DNA of 63,940 nt, the filler included, from Klebsormidium nitens (Eukaryota > Plantae > Klebsormidiophyceae), in assembly GCA_000708835.1 (NCBI GenBank). It is 7 parts of 7 records of this genome, joined end to end, with 100 filler letters (N's around TTAATTAATTAA, not from the genome) between each part and the next. Parts side by side here need not be neighbours in the genome. Positions count along the whole stretch, not along the records: positions 44,905 to 51,069 come from DF237004.1; positions 51,170 to 57,737 come from DF238399.1; 5 more parts are not named here. One strand, written 5' to 3'. This document shows, one piece after another, positions 44,805 through 56,492 of this stretch. Both the position numbers and the translations under genes were made by a program. The notes below the pieces were generated by a model that had not been told where the DNA came from, searched no databases, and worked only from the letters and a program-made list of their open reading frames with translations. Every line of letters begins with the position of its first letter. Within the stretch, counting starts at the first letter, position 1.

Positions 44805-47800
44805 NNNNNNNNNNNNNNNNNNNNNNNNNNNNNNNNNNNNNNNNNNNNTTAATTAATTAANNNNNNNNNNNNNNNNNNNNNNNNNNNNNNNNNNNNNNNN
44901 NNNNGTCTCTGCTTCTACGGCTGCAGCGTCCTTTTCGGCCGGCTTGACATACCACTCCCGAAAATCTCGGGCATCCTAGTCTTGATAAATGCTTGATCGG
45001 ACGGCTTAGCATGGTTTGCCTTTGCCTTCCGACGCGGTGATCGGATGGTCGAGGAACGGCGATCAGTGAAGAAGCGCGCCCTGATCCCTGAGTCTATCCA
45101 TCCTATCCATCTATCCATGTCGATCGATCAGGAAGTCTCTTTTAGCTGCACAGAGAGCGGACGAGAGAGCACAGCACCAACTTTGGCATGAGCGGTCTTT
45201 CCAGCGCCAAACCGTACTAAGAAAGGTGTAAGAAAGTCCAAACTGCTTGATTGCATATACGATATATGCTTTAATATACGTACACGGTCAATGATGCTTC
45301 GTGTTCGCTTCCGTAGCAGTGAAGTCAATGCAGCTTCTGAACTGCATTTTCGTTCATGCAGCTTAATGAAGAAAAGTCCAACAAGCGTTCGAAACCTTCC
45401 AACATGGACGAGCATGCACGTCTTCATAGTTTACGAGTACTATGATGCATGAAAGGACGAAGGAAGTGAGCCCTCAAAATGGATTCATTGAATGATCTCA
45501 GGAAGTCGAGCTGTCGAGCCGCTAGTCATACATACAGCTCGGCGGATCGACTTGCATAACTTGCATGGCCGTTTTGCAGATCGCAGGCAAAACGCTATCT
45601 CGTGGCGTGTGTCTTTCAGCCGATGCAGAAGATTGATACTCCGACTCGGCTGCAATATCTCAATATGATAACAAAAGCTTTAGCATCTTCTCGAGCTCAA
45701 GCAGTGGGTTCCCTACTAGTCCACTGTTCGAATCAAGATTATGCGATAAGTACTTAGCTTATCTGGCTTGTCCATTCGATTATCAGACACGTTACTCTTC
45801 AAGCAATCTTGGGGCAATTTAAATCTCATGTGCTTGTTGTGTGCTTGTTATACGAATTGGGATAGAGGGGCGACAAGGTAATCACCGCACTACGTCTTGT
45901 CGGATGCCAGTTCCCGAGCGCAGATTTGCAACCTACAGTCTTGGCTGCAAAGTGTGGCATGCTAACTTCACCATCAGAAGTGTGGCCTCAAGATGCCGCT
46001 CTCGGTCCTTGGCACGTCCTTGGGCTGGCAAGACAGCTTGACTCACGTGAGTGTTGACTATGACATCGTGCGTTGGCATGAGCACCGACGTGCCTCTGTA
46101 CGTTCACGTGTTGACGTGCTGATACTTAGACCTGCATAAGTCAGGAGTACATCGCATGTACAGATTTAGCTCTCAGCAGAAGCTCCTCCCATATATACTG
46201 ATGTCAAGCCTAGAAGAATAAAGTTTTGCTCAAAAAAGAATGATTGATTCTTTGTGAATCAAAGAAGCCCGTAATCATGATGCATCTCAGGCAGCAATGC
46301 TTGGGAACATAGACATCCAACGAACAAGCGTCTCGTGAGAGACTTCAAATATCTATTATGAGCTCAAGTCGCTTGACGAGAAAGCCTCCTCGCTCAACGA
46401 GGGCCTACTAGAAATGAAGACTCGAAGACTTTCCCTGCTCCAAGAATTCCTCCCCATCTCAAAGTAGCTTGCAGCACTCCTTCTTGAGTGCTTTCACTTC
46501 GAACGGTTCAGAATAGTACTTTTTATCAGAGGCCGATCCTGCAAGCCTATCCGCGAGGCTCTCAACCGCACAAGGAGGCTGACAGATTGGCATGTCGTTC
46601 AAGTGTGCAGAAGGATCCTGAATCAATTGTGGCATTCTTACGGCAACGATCGTCTCAAGAGGGAAGAACCAAAGATCCATAAATGTTCAAGTGCATTGAT
46701 AGCAACGTAGTGTCACTTTTGCTCCGTGAAGATTTACTTCTTCTGCAGAGCATTCGGCGGGATCACTCGAAAAGCTTGTCCATCTCACAAGGAAAAAAGG
46801 GCTTATATCTTGGGGCCAGGATCCGGCCCGTTCAGTTCCAAGGTCCGACAGTTCTTGCAGGTCATCGGGGTTGGAACTCAATTGTGCAACTGAGCAACAT
46901 AAGCAGCGCTACCCGATTGTCTACGTGCATGCGCGTGCGCCCAGCAGGAAGCTGGAGCTCAGGAACAGCAATTGGAGCATTGACTGCAAATCACTGCCAG
47001 GATGAGAGGGCCAACGGGTTGTAATCGAGGACTTTGCGCGAAGAGTCCTATAAAATTCGCTGTATACGTACGCGCTTTCTAAGAATCTCAAGCTACTCAC
47101 CTTGTAGCCCCTTCGACAATATCAGTGTTCTTTAAATATCCTCAGGAGGAATTCTCGATGCTTGCAGTGTTCTTCGTATCAATACACACCGATACCTGCT
47201 TTTCGTAGCACTTATGTCGATAATTGCCTTGCTTCGCAATCAGCCTGGCTACTGATCTAGATCTGAGTTCCCCACGGCATCCAATCTCGTTTTCTGGTTT
47301 CAATTCCGGCGTCACAACATGCGAGAACGCGCTTGCAGGCACCTCTTGAAGATTCTCAATTCGTGGCAAGAGGCTTCCACTAGCATTGATTGTTCCTCCT
47401 CGGAGCGCTTCTTCTGTCTGAAACTTGAACCCTCGGAAGATAGTCTGTAGGGCGCTGTGAGATATCTGGCGCCTAATAATCTGAAGAGGAAAGAAAAGCG
47501 ACTTAAAAGTTTGAGCTGGTTGCTCACCATGTCCATCTGTCCATGTGGCTGGCTGCTGGGCATAGTTGATGATTTCAACATGCCCGTTCCTGAGACATCA
47601 TGCTCAGCACCAAGCAACTCTGAACAGTACGTGACTGGCTTTTCCATCTTGTGAACTGAAGGTCAAGAGGTGTCCTGGAACGTGGTTCCAAAGCAGATTC
47701 GAAGAGCTCATGCAGATTACATCGGCTTTTACGGAGCCCTTACGGAGCGCCTGAAGTCGCTGTTGAGGCCAGGCATCGGCCATTTGGTCTCGAAAAACGA

Positions 47801-48798
47801 TATCGTGGCTTAGAGCTTATTTCGATCTTGAAGAAGTCAGTGACGAAGCTAGGCACTTGCCCACAGCGGTGAGCTTGGAAAGCTTGACGTCCACTGGAAT
47901 AGATGGCGGCCGGCCGGAATACTGCTCACGTTAGTCTCTTCCCAATCCGTAGCCAGCCAGAAGAATTCCAAGCATACGTACTGCTTAATCGACAGTGCCA
48001 GCGGATTTGCACATGAGACACTTATCACTACGTGGATTCACTGTGCTTGCTATGAGCATGTGTCTAGGACTATACTACAGGTTTCAAAGTGCATCATAAT
48101 GATTCATAAGCTGATGCTGCCAGGTTGGCAAGGGATTGACGGTTCTCTGCACAGCTGCTCTAGTTGAGCGGCTGCTTTATCAAATGTGCATGCATGACCA
48201 GAGTCAGGATCCGACTCGGCGAGGGGATGAAGATGCGGCGCATTCTCGTGACTCAGTTTGATTGTTGGGTTTTAGGTGGCACATGGCATTATAAGCGGTG
48301 TGTGCTGCCAGAACGGTGCAGCAAATGATGCAATCATTCCACGTCACTTAACCTCAATCAACATGCACGTCAAGTGAAGATGCTGCGCATTAAGCAATAT
48401 CTCGATTCTTGACACATACATCCCTGCAAACGAATCGCAACATGCTAGGATACGAGCCAGAGCTGATACTCAAGAAAAAGTGATGAAGACTTTGTTGACT
48501 GCAATTGATCATCAACAATCAATCAAGCGAAGGAGCCGCAAAAAATGTTGGCAGAATTTTCACAAGTCAGCGCCGCCGTTCTGACCGAGCCACCTATGCT
48601 AAACAATCCGTCATTATCAAATGACGAGTTCCCAGCTTCGACTGTTGCCAATTGTCCAGGGAAGAACATCTTTTTAGAGGGGTTTCGAGCAAGCTCTATT
48701 TCTGAAATGTCTCAGTTGAACATTTGAGCCGCAGCCCACTTCTCGGCTATACACCTGATACTACACTTTGACTCAGATAAGGTGCTTCAAGCTGGAGG

Positions 48799-50207
48799 TC
48801 ATTGCCATGGCTCATCAAACGGATTTGAACTCGTCCGCGCTGGAGTCACTTTTGCAGCCCTCTCGTTCGCCCGTTCATACGACGACTTGTTTAGGTACCC
48901 CGGCAAGAATACCTTGTAGCGTTCCGGCTCCCGGTGCCCGTATCCATACGTATCGTCCTCGGACGAGTCAAAAGGCCCCCTGGGTTTCGACTTCATGGCT
49001 GCTGCCGATGCAGCCCGCTTCTCCTCTTCCCTTGTCTTGAACGAATTGGTCTTCGAATGCTCCCAGATATCCGCACTTCCTCCATAGCTATCATACCGCA
49101 CCTCCTCGAGCGGCGCCCTTGTTCTCGCTCCGTTGCGGCTCCGGTCTTCTAGCGGTTTCGCAGCATGCTGCTCCGCATGTTCCCACATGGACTCGTCTGG
49201 GAGCGCCGCGGATTCAGAATCCTTGCTGGACTTTTTCCCCGTCACCACCTTGGCGACCTGCTTGCTGCCTTTGACGGTCGCTGACTTCACACCATTGAAT
49301 GCGGAAGACGCTTTCTGGCCAATCTGGTACCTGTTTAGCACAAGAGGTGAAGTGAGCTACAGTGCCACAACTGCTTTCTCCAGTTTGACCGTTTGTGATA
49401 TACTTTTGAGTTCAGTCAAAAAGACATTGGGTCTCATATTGTAAGTCTGTAGCAGCGTTTGTGCACAGGTGTCAAGCACAGTTGCGGTTGATATTCAGAC
49501 CGAAAATAGCAGTCATCAACCTGGCAGACCGAAAATAGCAGAGTCATCAACCTGGCCGCCCATTGGATTTGGACTCTCAGCAACCAAATGCACTAAGAGA
49601 AAGCCCACTTGCAGCGACCAAACGCACCGAGAAGAAGCCCACAAAGAGAGGAGACACAAACCAGACCCAATCAAACCCATGCCCATTGGGCTTCTGGACT
49701 TTCAAAGAAACCAAAATACCAAGAAGAATCCTAAGAAAGAGATACACGTGTAAAGGCAGTCAGCAATTGCTACCTCTGACATGAGTACCCTTACAAGTAT
49801 CATTGTCTTCAAAAGTCAACAAGAGCTCAGACATCCATAAACCAGCACCTAAAGCTTGAGATTGAGCTGTCTAGCAGAGTGTGAACTGTCATAGCGCATT
49901 ATGCTCTTCGCGGGCAACCACAGCATTGAACAGAGTTAGACACAAGCTACATATGGAAGCAAATCCAGGATTGAGGTACAGGGAATTGAACCAGAATACA
50001 ATGCAGTAGCGTGCCAGAGACTGCCCTGGTTTCGAGCATGCATCTAAGATAATAAGAGGAGCTGAAGCCCATCACCAGATCTGCAGCAGAGGTGATAGGA
50101 TGTATACTGTTTTGGCAGCATGCAGCCTGCACAACCATCCTTCAGTTTCAGAAAGCTTACTTTGAGTTGAACTCGTCGAGCTTGCCCATCACATTGCCAA
50201 ATGCCAT
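48799..50207 (-). CDS. Two-exon orphan hydrophilic protein (~192 aa) ending in NPFDEPWQ; exons 50161-50207 and 48799-49330
   Basis: MAFGNVMGKLDEFNS-AA|GTAAGC donor and TGCTAAACAG|G acceptor join in phase; contains an NPF motif. Confidence 0.55.
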
Positions 50208-51170
50208 TTTGCCTCCCAGCCGCCGGCCCTCCAAGAGCAGTCTTCTACTCAATCAACCACAGGACGTACTTTCTTGGATCAGATCTCACTTGCTTCTGAG
50301 GACCCACAGTTCAGAGCCCGATACGAACGGTCAGCTCAAAGGAGCGTTCCGCAAAAGAATCTACTCGAGGGGTATTCCAGGGGAACCACAAAAACTGCAG
50401 GTTGGCAAATGCCCCTCCCCCTCCGCTGTTTGCGCCTTGGGAAATTTAAGAAGTCGTCAGGTCTGTCCAGGATTGAGTCCAGAAACTATAAGTTTGAGGT
50501 CAGCAGGCAGCCATTTACAGCTTGCTGGCGCGCAGCATTGGAACTTGGCAGCTCCTTGCATGCAGGCGCGGCTGCCACCGTGCAACTTCCCAACCGGTAT
50601 GACGTCAGCAATTTGCCCGGGGATGAAACTTCCGAGCCTGTCATTCCCAGGGTTGCTTTTCCTCGGGTCCCAGCCCCGAGGCCCCGCAATCACCAGTCAA
50701 GGCTTAGGATGAGATGGGGACTATAATCGGGGCGCTCTCCTGGGTAGAGCGACCAGAACGTTCGAGCGCCGGTGGTAAGAGTTTGACTGGCCGAAAATAT
50801 GTCCGTTGACTCGCGAGGCTTCAGCGGCGACATGTGCCACCCGTAATTGGAAAGTAAGTAGCCGCTGTAGCGGCAACCCTGGTGGCTTCATCGACGGCTA
50901 TCAAGGCCCGATTGTGGAACTTCGGAACGACGGACGGTGGCAAAGCGGGGCGGCGGGAACTCCTTCCAAGAAAGGATCGTGAGCCTGAAGATGAATACAC
51001 CCGGGTCAATAAGTTTTGTACCTGAGGTTTTTCACGATTGCAAGTAGGATACCTTTTAGAGTGGCGCTTNNNNNNNNNNNNNNNNNNNNNNNNNNNNNNN
51101 NNNNNNNNNNNNNTTAATTAATTAANNNNNNNNNNNNNNNNNNNNNNNNNNNNNNNNNNNNNNNNNNNNA

Positions 51171-52024
51171 ATTGCTTCCACCGGCCAGCTCCTGGGGAAC
51201 GTGGAGGCGGCAGAGCCGATCGGCAGCAACATGTACGTGCGCAGGACCCTCGCAGGAGAGTTCGTGGTCACCAACCCTCACCTCATGGCCGACTTGGTCC
51301 GGCTGGGGCTCTGGAACGAGTCACTTAAGGAGCAGATAATGGCAAACAGAGGGTCGATCCAGGCTATCCCTGAGATCCCGGACGACCTCAAGGAGCTGTA
51401 CAAGACTGTCTGGGAGATCAAGCAGAAGGTCGTGATCGATTTCGCAGCCGATCGCGGGATCTTCATCGATCAGTCCCAGAGCTTGAATCTCTTCTTCAGC
51501 AAACCCACCCCTGCAAGCCTCTCCTCGGCGCTCGTCTACGGCCACAAACTGGGCCTCAAGACAGGTGAACACGCATGGAACGCAAACACGGAGGTTTCAG
51601 AGCTCTCCCCTAGGAGGAAATACTGGTGTTTCAAATTCTCAAATACTTTTGAAAGTTCCGCTCCATCTGCGCACGCGTGGGACGTGCAGTTGTTCACAAC
51701 ATCTTTTGTATTGTGTGAGGGATGTGCTGCGCGCATGGCGCGCAAACACGGAGGATTCGCAGCGCTCCCCTAGGAGGAAATATTGATGTTTCAAATTCTC
51801 AATTACTTTTGAAAGTTCCGCTCCATCTGCGCACGCGTGGGACGTCCTGCTAACTACAACGTTTTTGTATTGTGTCAGGGATGTACTATTTGAGAACCCT
51901 GCCATCCACTACACCGACGGCGGTCACAGTCCCGGTGAAGAGGGCAAGGAAGCAGGAGAAGGTTGAGAAACAAGACAAGGGTACCGTTTGTACAGATGAG
52001 GTCTGTGTTAGCTGCTCTGCTTAG
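51171..52024 (+). CDS. nrdA: Ribonucleotide reductase large subunit (class Ia), 5'-partial; exons <51171-51564 and 51879-52024
   Basis: [35 protein letters not shown] and GLKTG|MYYLRT restored by removing intron 51565-51878 (GTGAAC...GCTAAC...TGTCAG). C-terminal CVSC redox pair is present. Confidence 0.93.
51572..51885 (+). repeat. ~160-bp tandem duplication making up nearly the whole RNR intron
   Basis: CGCAAACACGGAGG at 51581 and 51741. Copy 1 ends in GTGTGAG|GGATGT (dead acceptor); copy 2 ends in GTGTCAG|GGATGT. Confidence 0.9.
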
Positions 52025-52106
52025 GGAGTTGCTTTTGATAAAAGTGTTTTCGTGCTCGGTGTGCAAAGCTGCTGGACAATTGCCACATTGTATGGGCTTG
52101 GTTCTG

Positions 52107-52727
52107 TCAACCTCTCCTACTATTGCGGATCAGGGCATAGATATCTCCAAGAGCCCGTACGATATCAAAGGCGTCCGGTGTTGGGTTGTAACGTACCCAC
52201 TGCGGCTCTATCGCTGAGTCAATGAATGACATCCGTTCGGCCTCGTCGACTGGATCTCTATCCTTGTGATCATTCTCGTCACACTCAAGAGCAATGTTAT
52301 ACTCGGGTAGATAGAGATCTATACGACGGTGTCCTACCCAATACTGTCGCAGCATCTTCTCACCTCGGAACACTTGCATGATGGTGTCAATTGTGTCCAT
52401 TTCATGGAAGTGTCTTTTGAACTTGAGGGACAGGGGTATTCCTAATTGTCGTGCGATGTCGATGCTATTGGGGAGCCTTGAATGGAAAACCAAGCCGGCC
52501 ACCCCTTCTTTTGTGATGTACCTCGTTGCCATGTCATTCTGGTTACCAAGAAGGCCAATGTTGCACCCTACGACAATGTAGTCCTTGGGGACATTTTGTG
52601 TCACCGCTTTTTGGTAGTTGGAGTAGCCCAGAAGGATTGCAACGTCGTTCGCCTTGAAGTATGGAACGCTGTCATGGACCACTTGTCGCACGTTCAAAGA
52701 GACAGCGGACTTTCCGTTGAGTGCCAT
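52107..52727 (-). CDS. BRO-N domain + C-terminal DUF559/Vsr-like PD-(D/E)xK nuclease domain
   Basis: PYFKANDVAILLGYSN..KAV (Bro-N); QY.VG.RRIDLYLPEYNIALECDENDH...VRYNP (nuclease fold common in large DNA viruses). Confidence 0.8.
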   Translation of the reverse strand: MALNGKSAVSLNVRQVVHDSVPYFKANDVAILLGYSNYQKAVTQNVPKDYIVVGCNIGLLGNQNDMATRYITKEGVAGLVFHSRLPNSIDIARQLGIPLSLKFKRHFHEMDTIDTIMQVFRGEKMLRQYWVGHRRIDLYLPEYNIALECDENDHKDRDPVDEAERMSFIDSAIEPQWVRYNPTPDAFDIVRALGDIYALIRNSRRG

Positions 52728-52877
52728 GATACTAATTTGATGGACGTATCTCCTTAAGGGATGAAGAGTGCCTCCACCTCTTGACTGCGATGGGGATGAG
52801 CACCCGCCAGAGGGTTCGCTACAAGTGAAGCGTTCGTGACTTAGGGCGACGCTTCACCAGGATATTGCATAAGAATC

Positions 52878-54927
52878 ATGGAGGAGAAGAGAGAGGCTAT
52901 CGTGCTGCTGCCATCACAGGAAAGTCACGTGAAAAAGCTCCTTAGCATCCTTCGGCGTCATGCATTTGCTCTTGACTTCTCCAGTTTAGGGTCCGGAAAG
53001 ACATTTTCGAGCAGTAAGATTGCCTTCAAGCTCGGAATGCCCCACGTGGTCGTGGTTTGCCCGGTATCCGTCCAACCAAAATGGCAGGAGATGAAGGACA
53101 GGTACGGGGTGCCAATCAAGCACAACTTGAGCTACTGTGGAGTCCGTTCCATGAAGGGCAAGCAGCCAAAGCACGGGCTTCTGACCCGAAGGGACTACAC
53201 TGTGGCCGTCCCTCAGCCTCGCGGGGAGCCTCGGCGCGTGGAGAAGACCGACTTTGTGATCACCGACGCCTTCAGGTCGCTCCTGGCAGAGGGCGTTCTC
53301 CTGATCGCGGACGAGATGCAGCACCTCAAGAACGTGTCCTCGCAGTTTGCCGCCTGCCAGGCACTGATCAAGGCGATTAAGGAGTCGTGCGAGGCCGGGG
53401 GCCGGTCGAGAGTGCTTATGCTGTCGGGGAGCCCGATCGACAAGCAGGAGCAAGCCGTCACCCTCTTCCGTTCCCTGAACGTCATGCACCATGCGGAGCT
53501 GTGCAAGTTCAATCCGGGGCTCAGGCAGATGGAGCTGCGTGGCATCTCGGACATCATCGAGTTCTGCCGGAGCGTCGACCCCGTTGTCACAGACCGTATC
53601 TTGGCAGGGAAGCGCTACTGGATGTGCTCAGAGTCCGTGATGCGGCCCATGTGCTACACCCTGTTCCAGGAAGTCGTCAAGCCGCACTTTTCCAGCGCGA
53701 TGCCGCCCCCCGTACCCGGCTGCACCCTGCACAAGACGAACGCTTTCTACCGGATTGACAACGAAGAAGACCGGAGAACCATGTCAGTGGGCCTGAGGGC
53801 CTTGGAGTGTGCCGTTCACTACAACCACAGGACGGGTGATGTNNNNNNNNNNNNNNNNNNNNNNNNNNNNNNNNNNNNNNNNNNNNNNNNNNNNNNNNNN
53901 NNNNNNNNNNNNNNNNNNNNNNNNNNNNNNNNNNNNNNNNNNNNNNNNNNNNNNNNNNNNNNNNNNNNNNNNNNNNNNNNNNNNNNNNNNNNNNNNNNNN
54001 NNNNNNNNNNNNNNNNNNNNNNNNNNNNNNNNNNNNNNNNNNNNNNNNNNNNNNNNNNNNNNNNNNNNNNNNNNNNNNNNNNNNNNNNNNNNNNNNNNNN
54101 NNNNNNNNNNNNNNNNNNNNNNNNNNNNNNNNNNNNNNNNNNNNNNNNNNNNNNNNNNNNNNNNNNNNNNNNNNNNNNNNNNNNNNNNNNNNNNNNNNNN
54201 NNNNNNNNNNNNNNNNNNNNNNNNNNNNNNNNNNNNNNNNNNNNNNNNNNNNNNNNNNNNNNNNNNNNNNNNNNNNNNNNNNNNNNNNNNNNNNNNNNNN
54301 NNNNNNNNNNNNNNNNNNNNNNNNNNNNNNNNNNNNNNNNNNNNNNNNNNNNNNNNNNNNNNNNNNNNNNNNNNNNNNNNNNNNNNNNNNNNNNNNNNNN
54401 NNNNNNNNNNNNNNNNNNNNNNNNNNNNNNNNNNNNNNNNNNNNNNNNNNNNNNNNNNNNNNNNNNNNNNNNNNNNNNNNNNNNNNNNNNNNNNNNNNNN
54501 NNNNNNNNNNNNNNNNNNNNNNNNNNNNNNNNNNNNNNNNNNNNNNNNNNNNNNNNNNNNNNNNNNNNNNNNNNNNNNNNNNNNNNNNNNNNNNNCAGTG
54601 CATATGATGTTCGCAAAGCACGCGCACGAGCTGCCAATCCTCGACGCGCTCTCCCGAAAGGGTGGCGTGATGCGGGAGACGACGCCCGAGCAGGTGGCTG
54701 CGGGCATCCTGTTTCCCGGCAGCTTTCCCAGCTGGGTGGAGGAGGATCTCGAGACTTCGCTGAAGAGGGCGGGTCTCGAGGGCCTGAAGTCTAACGCGAA
54801 GCGACGTAAGTGGGCGCGGCGCGTCATTGGAGCTGCAGTCATGGAGTGGGGATCACGGCCTGGGGGAGTTCTCTACAACCTGGCAATGCAGCGGTTCGCT
54901 GAGAGTGTGAGGAGCATAGAAGCATGA
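52878..54927 (+). CDS. Superfamily-2 helicase (NCLDV-like), interrupted by gap 53843-54595
   Basis: Walker A SLGSGKT, Walker B DEMQH, motif III LSGSP. The post-gap frame ELPILDALSRKG ends at 54927. Confidence 0.8.
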
Positions 54928-54951
54928 TTATTGGTAGAGATGTACGTATAC

Positions 54952-55036
54952 TCATCTACGCCCCTGCAACGTGGAGGCGGCAGAGCGAATCAGCAGCAAC
55001 CTCTACGTGCGCGAGGTTGTGGTTACGAAGCCATTC
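54952..55036 (+). pseudogene. Short degenerate RNR large-subunit remnant
   Basis: 54968-55011 matches 51198-51241 at 39/44 nt (NVEAAE.I.SN.YVR), with flanking deletions. Confidence 0.75.
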
Positions 55037-55235
55037 GGTGACCAAATGAACGTGACGTGTCTAGTAACACGTCGACTTTATTGATGTATACACGGTGATG
55101 CCACTTTCCTATCCCTCACCGTCTTCCTTTTCCTCGATATTCTCTGGCCGTCTGCGGCTCAAGAAAACATGCCTGGGCAAAGCGTTCGCAACACTTAGGG
55201 ACATGCGTATCCTACAAAAGGCAACTTTTTGAGAG

Positions 55236-56456
55236 ATGGCAAGCGCTGCTGTGGTTGGAGTCAAGCGCAAGCGTGGCCAGAACAGCGGTCAGTTCGCCTG
55301 CGATTTCGACGGCTGTGGCAAGACATTCAGTGGAAAAGGGTATCTCACACGCCATTTGAGCTCTCACTCGGACCAGAATGCGCCCCCGTCAAGCTACGAG
55401 GGTTGGAAGCAGCATTACAAGTACAAACATATTTACGGGCTCCCGGATGGCCGAGTCTGGAGTTGCAAACGAGGGCGCTTCTTGAAGGGTTCGATGATGA
55501 ACGATTACCTCAATCTAACGATTGACGGGAAGATCATCAAAAGACATCGCCTCAACTTTGAGATTGCAAATGGGCGCGCGATTCTGCCGGGTATGGAAAT
55601 CGACCATATCATCCCTTCGCCCACACCAAAGGACGGTGAAGAACGGCAGCCTCCAGACGACAGCTGGGCGAATTTGCAGGAGCTGGCAGGATTCGAGCAC
55701 CGGCGCAAGACACATGCGGACAATCCGGAGTCAGGCAAAAAGACTGGTGTCACCTTAGGCTGCCCGGTGATCGTGCATAACGTGACGAGCGGTAATGAGG
55801 ACCTGTACGCCTCAATTAAGGCTGCCGCATCATCTTTGGGGCTCGAAGCGTCAACGATTCAGAACCGTATCCGACAGGGGTCGACCAAGGCGTACGGTGG
55901 GCATGTGTTCCGCAGGTGTCCAAAGCATGTTGCGGAGCAAGACGACAGGCCCGGCGAGGACTGGAAGGATGCGAGGCTGTGTGGGAGGCTGATCAGAGGT
56001 GTGAGGGTCAGCAGCCTGGGCCGCGTTCAATTTCAAGACGGGAGGCGTACAGAGGGATGGATTCTAAACGGGCGGCGTAAGGTTAGCCTTCTGGTGGACG
56101 GGCGGAAAAAGAACGTCCACATCTATATCCTCATGGCCAACACCTATTTAGGCCCGCAGCCAAGTGACGAGCACACGGTCGACCACATCGATGGCAATTG
56201 TGATCACAACATGATCGGGAACCTGCGCTGGGCAACCAAGAGTGAGCAAGGGCGGAACATGAAGAATAACAGGGCCGTCCATCAGTACGATCTCCAGAGC
56301 AACCTTCTGCAAACGTATGGCACAGTCGTAGAGGCTGCAGAGGCAAACGATTTGTGGTGGGATCGGGTGTACTATGCCGCGAGGTCGGGCAGCACGGTGA
56401 CCGGTTTTCGCTGGGAATTTGTGCAGCAAGTTGCGGATCCTTGCCCAGAAGACTAG
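55236..56456 (+). CDS. C2H2 zinc finger + tandem (HNH + NUMOD1-like) homing-type endonuclease
   Basis: CDFDGCGKTFSGKGYLTRHLSSH; HRL...IDH...NL; YASIKAAASSLG; VSSLGRV...VDHIDGNCDHN..NLRWAT; VHQYDL...VVEAA. Confidence 0.85.
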   Translation: MASAAVVGVKRKRGQNSGQFACDFDGCGKTFSGKGYLTRHLSSHSDQNAPPSSYEGWKQHYKYKHIYGLPDGRVWSCKRGRFLKGSMMNDYLNLTIDGKIIKRHRLNFEIANGRAILPGMEIDHIIPSPTPKDGEERQPPDDSWANLQELAGFEHRRKTHADNPESGKKTGVTLGCPVIVHNVTSGNEDLYASIKAAASSLGLEASTIQNRIRQGSTKAYGGHVFRRCPKHVAEQDDRPGEDWKDARLCGRLIRGVRVSSLGRVQFQDGRRTEGWILNGRRKVSLLVDGRKKNVHIYILMANTYLGPQPSDEHTVDHIDGNCDHNMIGNLRWATKSEQGRNMKNNRAVHQYDLQSNLLQTYGTVVEAAEANDLWWDRVYYAARSGSTVTGFRWEFVQQVADPCPED

Positions 56457-56492
56457 GGAAGGAGAACGGTTGTTATTATTTGGTTCAACCTA

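Noticed and set aside
44905-48700. Short ORFs in piece 4
   Set aside because: No recognisable motifs or consistent splice-phase model could be built by eye.
48799-49341. SNAP25/SNAP33-type SNARE
   Set aside because: The NPFD-like motifs resemble its N-terminus, but the frame stops right after them and no SNARE heptads follow.
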